Origin: Octopus sinensis
Taxonomy: Eukaryota
DNA length: 64,000 bases
NCBI RefSeq assembly: GCF_006345805.1
Contig: NC_043001.1
Coordinates: forward strand, 94,612,001 to 94,676,000
Reading direction: 5' to 3'
Shown here: one piece after another, positions 53,748 through 64,000 of the stretch
Layout of the letters: the number at the start of each line of letters is the position of its first letter
Position numbering within the stretch: position 1 is the first letter of the stretch
The notes under the pieces: generated by a model
The model's input: only the letters and a program-made list of their open reading frames with translations
Databases searched by the model: none
What the model was told of the DNA's origin: nothing
Position numbers and translations under genes: made by a program

Positions 53748-53791
<44 letters not shown>

Positions 53792-54462
53792 GAGGGCATA
53801 ATTATACATACATGCCAGGAGGCATTATATATACATGCCATACGCTAAGAGGGACAATCAGTCATTTCTACCAAAAATATTACTAATCCCACCGAATGCA
53901 ATTTTTCAAAGTAAGACATTTAAAAATATAGGCCTGTATCACAGTGATTTCATACTTACGTAATCATCAGCAGGCCTGAATGTATTATAAATAAACAACG
54001 AGCCGTTAGAAATAATTATTTTCGAAATTTTTTCTCTTATGAGGTTTTTACGCTATCTACCTGACAATTTCTTGTTAAGTTTTCCTTATTAAGTAGTTGT
54101 CCTTAATTGCAAAATTTTTATTCCGAAAAAACTTTTCCTCTCCCGAAATGCAATTTTGTAAAAGTTTGCCATTCACCCGGATGTAATATATATAAACTCA
54201 CCCATGTGCTTCGTTGATGTTGATCAGTTAGCTGTTCGGCTTAAGCGAGGCAGGGTCGTTGTTTATTATAATACATTCAGCCTGCTGATGATTCGTAAGT
54301 ATGAAATCACTGTGATACAGGCCTATATTTTTAAATGTCTTACTTTGAAAAATTGCATTCGGGGGGATTAGTAATATTTTTGGTAGAAATGACTGATTGT
54401 CCCTCTTAGCGTATGGCATGTATATATAATGCCTCCTGGCATGTATGTATAATTATGCCCTC
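53792..54462. mobile_element. MITE with ~210-bp TIRs and TA flanks (Tc1/mariner-type target inferred)
   Basis: TA-GAGGGCATAATT...AAACAACGA (53792-54001) is the reverse complement of TCGTTGTTT...AATTATGCCCTC-TA (54256-54462). Confidence 0.9.
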
Positions 54463-55556
54463 TATATATAAATTAATATGTTCAATAAGAAATAATTATT
54501 TTCGAAATTTTTTCTCTTATGAGGTTTTTACGCTATCTACCTGACAATTTCTTGTTAAGTTTTCCTTATTAAGTAGTTGTCCTTAATTGCAAAATTTTTA
54601 TTCCGAAAAAACTTTTCCTCTCCCGAAATTCAATTTTGTAAAAGTTTGCCATTCACCCGGATGTAATATATATAAACTCACCCATGTGCTTCGTTGATGT
54701 TGATCAGTTAGCTGTTCGGCTTAAGCGAGGCAGGGTCGTTGTTTATTTATAATACATTCAGGCCTGCTGATGATTACGTAAGTATGAAATCACTGTGATA
54801 CAGGCCTATATTTTTAAATGTCTTACTTTGAAAAATTGCATTCGGTGGGATTAGTAATATTTTTGGTAGAAATGATGATTGTCCCTCTTAGCGTATGGCA
54901 TGTATATATAATGCCTCTGGCATGTATGTATAATTATGCCTCTATATATAAATTAATATGTTCAATAAAAATAATTATTTTCGAAATTTTTTCTCTTATG
55001 AGGTTTTTACGCTATCTACCTGACAATTTCTTGTTAAGTTTTCCTTATTAAGTAGTTGTCCTTAATTGCAAAATTTTTATTCCGAAAAAACTTTTCCTCT
55101 CCCGAAATGCAATTTTGTAAAAGTTTGCTATTCACCCGGATGTAATATATATAAACTCACCCATGTCCTTCGTTGATGTTGATCAGTTAGCTGTTCGGCT
55201 TAAGCGAGGCAGGGTCGTTGTTTATTTATAATACATTCAGGCCTGCTGATGATTACGTAAGTATGAAATCACTGTGATACAGGCCTATATTTTTAAATGT
55301 CTTACTTTGAAAAATTGCATTCGGTGGGATTAGTAATATTTTTGGTAGAAATGACTGATTGTCCCTCTTAGCGTATGGCATGTATATATAATGCCTCCTG
55401 GCATGTATGTATAATTATGCCCTCTATATATAAATTAATATGTTCAATAAGAAATAATTATTTTCGAAATTTTTTCTCTTATGAGGTTTTTACGCTATCT
55501 ACCTGACAATTTCTTGTTAAGTTTTCCTTATTAAGTAGTTGTCCTTAATTGCAAAA
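54008..55556 (+). repeat. Tandem array of a ~480-bp unit (MITE core + right TIR + 25-bp flank), 3 full copies plus 1 partial
   Basis: AATAATTATTTTCGAAATTT recurs at 54011, 54491, 54970 and 55453. Confidence 0.95.
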
Positions 55557-55557
55557 T

Positions 55558-55618
<61 letters not shown>

Positions 55619-56214
55619 GTTTATTCTTTTATTCTTTTTTTTTCAGTTTATTGGCTGCGGTCATGTTGGAGAGCAACTTTAAATTGTATTAGTGAATGTT
55701 GAAAACACTTCACTTAGAATGTTAGCGTGTTTGGTTCTATCGATATCATTTCTAATACATTATACAACCACTCAGGCACTCGCATGTTATTTAAAATGAC
55801 AGTTTTCATCATTAAATATGTTTAATCTAATGTCTGCCATGTTTGAGATTTTAAAATTAATTTAATATATTAAAATTTTATTCCCTTATTTTAGCGAATC
55901 GTTTTCCTTTCCTTTTAAAATTTCCCAAACTGAAAGGACAATTTCTGTGCATTACGCATTATGTGCAGGCGCCATTAATTGATCCATTTTTATCCAAATA
56001 TATTATTTTATATATATTATGCTCATAAATCTGAAGGATTCGTCAGATATAGGAAAGAAATTCGTTTGGATATTTCACTTCAGGTGGCTTTCCCATCTAT
56101 CCGCAATATCAATTAACCTATTATTTCTCTGTGTAATATTGTGGCTTGACTTGTCGATGACCTGATAACAATTAGCGACCGATAATATTAATTACGTATT
56201 GCGAAAGGCTAACA

Positions 56215-56625
56215 ATTTCAGTGGGGGTGTTAATTGGATAGTGTCGACCTCAGTGCAAATCTGGTACTTATTTTAGAATATGAAAAGCAAAGTCGATCTC
56301 GGCGGTAATCGAACTTTGCCAGGTTGAATTGTAGTGTCGACGTCATCAACTTATTCCCTTCTCACAAATTGCTGGTTTTATTCCAAAACTTTAAATCAAT
56401 ATTAATTGTCGATTATAGCGGGTAGCTGGAAGAATTTTTAGAATGCGGAGCATAATGCTTAGCGGTATATCGTCTTTCTGTATGTTCTGAGTTCTAATTT
56501 CGCCGTGGTCGTCTTTGTTTTTCATTATTTCAGGGTGGATATGATAATTACCTATGGAGCACTGGGATTTATGTAATCGGCTAAGTCCCCACCCCGAAAT
56601 CACTGTACTTAGGCCAACATTTCAA
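56215..56625. mobile_element. Cluster of old SINE family B fragments in both orientations
   Basis: GCAAAGTCGATCTCGGCGG (-), AAATTGCTGG..CCAAAAC (+ tail), ATGCTTAGCGGTAT..TTCTGAGTTC.AATT.CGCCG (+ head). Confidence 0.6.
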
Positions 56626-57589
56626 TCAAATTTTAATTCACAATACCAGCTAGCTCTTGCGTAATATTGTTATGTCCAAATATATATATGTATATATTAC
56701 CTGTTCTATATATTTTCTGGAATGCACTTCCATTTTGAAGGAAATAATTTTGCTGAAATAAAAACAAAATGAGGTGTATTATTCGACGGGATTTTGGTGA
56801 TGTGAATTTTGAAATAAGATATGTGAATGGTTTTGATGTTTGTACATAATAAATAGATAAACGTTTCCATGTCTTTCTGCTCGTTTCGTTGTTCTTTGCG
56901 ATGTATACTGAATAAGAACTGGCTTCCAAATACAAGTAGAACAGAAACAGGAAGAAAGGGTGTGAGAAAGTTGTGGTGAAAGAATATATAAAACTTGCCT
57001 GTAGTATCTCGACTCTTATATATTAACAAGAAAGTATCAAAAACGAAAGTGTTATTGTATAGGAAATATCACTCGAATTGATCAAACTTTGACATTAATT
57101 TTTAAATTCTACCATTTCCATATTCATAGAAAGAAATGGTTTATTCGGAAATTACAGAAGTTTTAAACGCATAAAGAAAATATCTTTAAGCACAGGAAGA
57201 ATTAATCATGTAAATTAGCAACGCCATAAAAATAACAGGTATACGTGTATAACCATGGAAACAGAACTACACAAAATATACAGCAGCTTGCATACATCTA
57301 TTTAAGTCAAAGAGAGTTCCGAAAAATTTACTGAGGTGTGTGTGTGTGAAGAAGGATCAATACACTCGCGCAACAATATATAAAGCATTGATTTCTCACC
57401 AATGGTGACGTACCTAAATTTGCTTCCTCACTCGGTAACATAAGCGGTCACTTGCCATTTCACTACATTCACATATGGAATTGTTGATGCAATTAAAAGT
57501 CTGATTTGTATATAAGTACAAATGATGTCTATTAAGCAACAACTAGCCCCAAAACATATTCCAATTATACAGAGAAGAGAGGATTAAAC

Positions 57590-58070
57590 CAATTAACTGT
57601 CCACAGTCTGTCTGCTCTTTGTGAAAGGCTTCTCCGAAAAAATACAAAATATATGCGGCCCATATGACATCAGAACAGTATTCAAGAGTAATACAACACT
57701 TTGGAAATATCTCCTTCGCGTAAAACCACCAATAGAAGACAATATGATCAAAATCTACGTCTACTCCATCCCTTGCAGCTGTGGTAGCTTATACAAAAGC
57801 CCCCTCAAAATAAGAGTAAAGGAATATCCCAAATCTGCTTCATGAGGAGATATTGATAAATCGGGTATAGTTGATCACATATGGAAAAAGGAGACCACCT
57901 CCCCATGTGGCATGAAGTTACTATAATAGAAAGGGAACACTACTAGAAAATACGCAACCTAATGAAGCAGCACCTATGCTAGGACACAACAACTTCCTAG
58001 GCAGACCGTGTACAAATATGAATAGCATATGGGAACCGGTATTAAGGAAAGATAGGAAAATATAAGAAAA
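57590..58070 (+). mobile_element. Penelope-like element remnant (GIY-YIG endonuclease region)
   Basis: LFVKGFSEKIQNIC..IRTVFKS..VYSIPCSCGSLY..PLKIRVKE..DKSGIVDHIW. Confidence 0.85.
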
Positions 58071-60360
58071 ACAACAACACAGACACACACACGCACCACA
58101 CACACATACTGAGAACTTGCATTAATGTAACGATGTCGTGATCACATACAATTTCAGACGAAATCATACTCTCACACTTAATGGATGCAGAATTACATAA
58201 GTTTGGCTTTGAAATCTGTCTAGAAGTTTTCTACTAACCACTTTTCTGTAATGCATGGCACTTTTCGACAGCTTGTTTTAAACTATTAATTGCAGCACCT
58301 GGGGACATGCAATTAATTATTAATAATGCCTACTGCTGTGTTTCCTATGAAGAAATATCGATTTTAGTGTGAAGGGTTAAATTGCCTACCCGCTAGTTAA
58401 TACTGCAGTATTGAGATAAATATTCTTACATTTGGGGACTTTAAGCAATATATCAAGATTTTAAAATAGTAAAGATTCTTGTGTGTATTAGCATATTTTA
58501 GAGGCTTGGGAATCTTACAGAGGTATTTATTTCGAATGCTTCAATTCCTATGTAAAGCTCGTAAATGAAAACTCAATCTAACGTGAATGATGTATATTAA
58601 TCCATTTAATGCATGCTGGTGATATATTTCTGACTGAGAAAATGAACGTAAAAGTAGCTATCTGGAACCAGACATGCTTACACTTATATAGGTCTTGAAT
58701 CCATTTCAAGAGTTTCTTGTGGATCACATGAACTACTGAAATATTCTGAGTGTACCTAGTCGTCGATTGTGACTATGGCAACCATAAACCTTGAAATTTG
58801 TTTTCCGAAAACCTGATCAAATAAAATAAAATGGAACCAAAAAGAAGATTATGTATATATGTATGTATGTATGTATATATGTATGTATGTATCTATGTAC
58901 GTATGTATGTATCTATTTAACTATCCATCCATCTATCTCTCTATCTACGTACATATGCATACATAGACATATGTATACATACATACACGCACAGACACAG
59001 GCACAATTACACATACACACACAAACATAATATACCCACACCTATATATATATATATGTGTGTGTGTGTGAGAGTGCTTGTGGGTCTGTACCAATCTCCC
59101 CACCCAGAAGCCGGAAGCCAAATTTACGCTAATAAGTATATTTATCCACTGATCCACTGCTGGATGCGTATTCTTGACTTTCTACCTCCTACATCTGTTA
59201 CCATTACAACTATTGTTTAATTACGAGCACCCCAAATTAGGTAACTGACCAGAAGTACCATACCTTGTTTATCTCTGCACTTCATAAATATGTGAATATC
59301 TGTATGTATATATATATATCAATGATCATCGTCTCAATATTTTGAGATTTTGCTTTTTTCTCTCTATGGATACCTCTCACTCTATATGTTTCCATGTATG
59401 TACGTTTTATACCCATTGTCAGGATTGCCATTCTGCAACTAAATGCCAGAGAAAATGTAATTATGGATCACGGGAATCGTTGAAATGAGAAATTTCTCTT
59501 TTCTAGACAAAGACCATTGCTGTTGAGTTACGAGATAAATATCTATATTAAGCTTAACATACATCAATTCTCCTTTTAAAAGAAGCAACTATTGATTTGG
59601 GTTTGCTTTTGTCTATACTACAAATTATTTGTAGAAATCCAGAATTCTCCATTCTCAAATTCCCAGGCGTTTACACTGAGAGTCTAATTGATTTTTACCT
59701 CTGACTCCTTCACATAAGAACCAGAGTCAGAATCTGAAACTGTTGGAATTTACTTGAAAATATATCTTGAGAAACTTCAGTGCAGCTCAGCATGTAGTCA
59801 TCTTAAACTGATACGATTCAGTTAAGACATTTCTTAGTGGAAAATGCAGGGCAACATCTTAAAGGTAACCCGACAACCCAGTGCCATTAGGTTAAGTGTC
59901 GGAACAATATGTGGTATTGATATTTATTTTTTCGGAGGCAATATTTTGAAGCAGAAATTAGTAATTGTTTCGCTTCATATCAATATGAAATTTATGTGAT
60001 ATGAAAAGTGTTTGTGAAATCATTAACGGGTTGTTTAATCATTACTGTTTGGACTCATTCTATATAGGAGGTGAGATAATACTCATCTAATTCTAAACTT
60101 TGCATTAAGTAAAGTTAAAATGTCTGTATTCTTTACGATATATCTATTTTAGTGGCGGAAAATTCTAATGGGAAAGACATGGCTAGTAATTACCATATCA
60201 AAAATTAGCTTAGATTATGGGACTATCAATTCTCGTATTAGTTTGGAAAAACATATTTTTATAAAGAACCATGTATTCTTTATTCTAGGGAAAATGGCTG
60301 CTAGTAATAATCTGTACGTGACAGAGTGAAAGACAGTTGCTTTGTTTTTACGGGGATTTT

Positions 60361-61020
60361 CGAGCCAGGAATCTATACGCGATATTTGTTGACTTAACCA
60401 AGGCCATTGACACCATTAATTATGGGGGATAAGATCATGGGAAAGTTCGGCTGCCCTAAAAAATTCATGATTATAGAGTGTCAGTTTCACCACTGCATAC
60501 TCGTTCGAGTATTGCACAGTAGAGATTCTTCCGACGAATTCCCAGTCAGTAACGGAGTCAAGCATAGCTGTGTAGTCGCACCTACCCTGTTCAGCCTGAT
60601 TGTTTCAGCTATGCTGTCGAATGATTTGTGCTAGGGCGACGAAACCATCGTCAAGATCACGATCTGGACTAATGACAGACCCTTCAAACTGCGGAGAATA
60701 CATGCCAAGTCTAAGGTGGAATAAGACTCAGTGTACGGTTTCCTGTACAAAGACAACTGCGCACTCAACGCTGTCATAGAGGTACATAGCATGAAGTGAT
60801 TTTCCATTGCCTGCAACAACCTTCACCTCATAATCAGTACTCAAAACGAAGAGGTCATGCAACTACCTGCCCCGCAGCAGCTTTATTTGGAACCTACTCT
60901 CACTGTCGAAGGGGAGATGCTAAAGGTTATTGATGCGTACACGTACCTCGCTATCATGTTCTCCAGATCAGGTAAACATTGACGAAGAACTCCACACATA
61001 GCCAAGCGAAGCTCAGCTTT
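60361..61020 (+). mobile_element. RTE-BovB-like LINE RT fragment, degenerate
   Basis: FVDLTKAIDT, KFGCPKKF, FPVSNGVKHSCVVAPTLFS, FKLRRIHAKSKV, FLYKDNCALNA, NIDEE. Confidence 0.88.
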
Positions 61021-61805
61021 AGTGTGCGTGTGTGTGTAGGGGATCATGAACTAGAGGGGGAGGAGAGACATATAAACCTCTGACAAACACCCTCGTAACT
61101 TAGACACGATAAGATGGCTAGAGTTCGACGGTTAAATATATCAAACGTGTAAAGGAAGTATACTTGAAGGCTGATCTTCGCAGAGTTTCTTTTCCCGTAA
61201 CAACGATGCCGTTCCTACATTTCACTAATAACATTATGATCATTATCAAATTCCTACGGCCTTCAGAATCTTTCCTTCTTTCAAGTAGAACATTTTCATA
61301 ATCATAAATAATAGATATTCAACAAAGCCTATCTTATTAATTATATTAACGAGTCCCGTTATATAAGCAAATAAGAAAATAATACAGGGCATTAAATACA
61401 ATATAATGTTCCATAGTGGTTCATGAAACATTTACCCGGTGGCAGTCATTTTTAAACAATTTGTATATACCAATAGTCAGAAGATGGCGACACGACGAAG
61501 TATATAAATTCAGTCACATTACAGCCGGACAGTTAAATATAATTACGTTCATCAACTTATGGATATATTGTAGAAATTATTAATGTCAATTAATATATAT
61601 CTTAAGCAAACACAACCTCATGATTTTTATTCAGACATTCCTAATTCCAATTTAATCGGATAAACACACGAATACATATATAACTGTAAGGTGTATGCAT
61701 ATGTGTGTGCATGAGTGACCATCCATACACATCAGAATACTGGAAATGTAACATCGTTATAATCCCCATACACACACGGACGCACACTCACATCTCCCTC
61801 TCTCT

Positions 61806-61837
<32 letters not shown>

Positions 61838-62197
61838 GTATATATATATATATAACCTACTTGGATACAGATGTGTGGCGTTCAAACAAATAATAGTATA
61901 AATAATACATTTATTTATATATGCATGTATATAGATATATATGTACATACATACATATAGATATGCTTATATGGGTAAAGGACGTCATAAAACGTAAACA
62001 ACAAGAAATACGAAAATAAAGTTTAGAAAACAAGACAAGTAACATAAAAAAAGACCTTTCATCAGTTGACGGCTGTCCTTCTACTTCTTATTTCGATCAC
62101 TGAACAACAATATAAGACTTTGAAAACAGTTACACCTGCGAGCCAAAATATAATTTGGAATTTGCGGAAGCTCATATATATATGTATCTATATATGC

Positions 62198-62239
<42 letters not shown>

Positions 62240-62289
62240 TGTGTGTGTGTGTATGTCTGTATATACATGTGTATGTATACATATTATAT

Positions 62290-62345
<56 letters not shown>

Positions 62346-62363
62346 TACATATAATATATATAT

Positions 62364-62429
<66 letters not shown>

Positions 62430-62920
62430 ATATATAAATATATTTATCTGTCTGTCTCTCTCTCTCTCTGTATGTTATATTAATTAGACGCTCTGTGAAG
62501 GGAGAGAGTAAATGTTAATATTTCGAGCATAACTCTTCGTCGGAACAAGAAAGTCCAGAGACAAAGAACGAAAATAACGAAAAATCGCCAACAATCCCCG
62601 TGGTTACATTCTGTGTATGTGTATGAGAGTGTGTGCGTGTATGGGGTGGGGGGTTGTGTGTGCGTGTGTATGTATGTGGCGGTGGTGGGGTTGAAATACA
62701 TAGATAAATTGACAGATAAATAGATAGATAACTAGACAAATATTTGGAAGGCCTAGCTTTAGAGATGATGTAGAACAAAAAGAACATTTGGGTATATTAT
62801 GAAATATTTGTATCGTAATGCTTGTATTTCATCGTTTGTATACAATACTCAACTTCGATATACTATCGAAAAACCACGAAGCTGCAATATTCTTCTTGAT
62901 ACAGTCTCTAGTATAGGCGT

Positions 62921-63107
62921 TTACTCTTTTACTTTTCAGTCTTTTCACTGTGGCCATGCTGGAGCACAACGTTTAGTCGAGCAAATCGACTTCAGGACTT
63001 ATTCTTTGTAAGCCTAGTACTTATTCTATGGGTCATTTTGCTGAAACGCTAAGTTACGAGGAGGTAAGTGATGTTGGGGGGACTAAAACAGACACACAAA
63101 CATAAAC

Positions 63108-63157
<50 letters not shown>

Positions 63158-63317
63158 GCATATATACGACGGGATTTTTTCAGTTTCTGTCTACTAAATC
63201 CACTCACAAGGGTTTGGTCGGCTCGAGGCTATAGTACAAGGTGCTACGCAGTTGGAATGAACCCGGAACTTTGTGGTTGGTAAGCAAGCTACTTACCACA
63301 CAGCCACTCCTACGCCT
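62921..63317 (-). mobile_element. SINE family A, near full length with internal (CA)n/(TA)n
   Basis: Reverse complement AGGCGTAGGAGTGGCTGTGTGGTAAGTAGCTTGCTTACCAACCAC..GTTCCGGGTTCA head; AGGACTTATTCTTTGTAAGCCTAGTACTTATTC body. Confidence 0.88.
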
Positions 63318-64000
63318 TTTTAGTGATAAAAACAACTCATAAGTGCATCAGTAGTAGAAGGAAATTCTGTAGCAGCGCTGGTAGAATTGCTTAGACAATT
63401 GCCATGAGGCAAATTTAGTTTTAACAAACACATATAATAAACAAACAAAACATGTGTACGTTGAAAACATATTTGTCGTAGATACATTAATAACTAGTCA
63501 TATGACCTGGATATGAACCTAGTCGCGAATGGGATGAAGTGCAGTGCATCCTACCAGTACTTGTATTATCAATAATTACTATGGGAATATAACTCATATT
63601 TACACGTTGCCTGAGAATCATTTAGGGATGATTCACTGACAACATGTTTTGCGAAATACTTCTAAATGTGTTGTAGAATAGTGTAAATGGGATTGTATGT
63701 GTATGACGTAACCAAAACTTAACAATTTGCCCTCAGTAATGTCTTAATTCTCTATTGATTTTCTTCATTTTTTTTCGTAGAGTTAACACTATCATCTGTC
63801 TACTTTAGTATTGGTGAATGAGCCTGTATCTATAAAAATAATTATAAAACTGCACAACCAAAAATTGGATAAATGCGTAATATCTGAAACTGATAAAATT
63901 AGCTAGATAATTAGTAAATTACATCGAATATAAGAGAACAGATGTCATGCAGTTCTTGCAGTACGGTGGGTGTGCAGTGTAGAACCTCCTCGCTGCATCC

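Noticed and set aside
54008-55556. CRISPR-like array
   Set aside because: Units are whole 480-bp duplicates without unique spacers, and the context is eukaryotic.
58769-58782. RFX/X-box-like GTGACTATGGCAAC
   Set aside because: A single motif with no associated promoter or gene; plausible by chance in 64 kb.
59620-59760. Fibrinogen-like GEFWISTNNL on the minus strand
   Set aside because: In-frame stops on both sides and wrong spacing to the upstream motif.
61246-61431. GPCR TM5-like hydrophobic ORF
   Set aside because: Bounded by stops with no other TM segments; the hydrophobicity is explained by T-rich composition.

Overview
This is AT-rich, microsatellite-dense animal genomic DNA; the repeat repertoire (Dong/R4 LINEs, RTE LINEs, Penelope, three SINE families, long TA/CA/ATT/TACA tracts) resembles a cephalopod (Octopus-like) genome, which is an inference. 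No host gene could be modelled with confidence and most ORFs in the track are microsatellite artefacts. The recognisable coding sequence is transposable-element derived. It comprises seven Dong/R4-clade non-LTR fragments (all minus strand, one near full length), three RTE fragments, two Penelope remnants, an L1/Tx1 sliver, a mariner remnant, a Helitron remnant and a possible piggyBac C-terminus. Four structures stand out: (1) Dong/R4 copies stacked head-to-tail in (TAA)n microsatellites, plus one inserted into the poly-Asn linker of a Penelope element; (2) six foldback/inverted-repeat structures, several built around (TA)n; (3) one foldback enclosing a short segment that has a nearby paralogue diverged in a codon-structured way; (4) a long-TIR MITE whose body and right TIR are amplified as a ~480-bp tandem array. 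No CRISPR, rRNA or genuine tRNA gene was seen. All coordinates were read by eye and are approximate at repeat boundaries.
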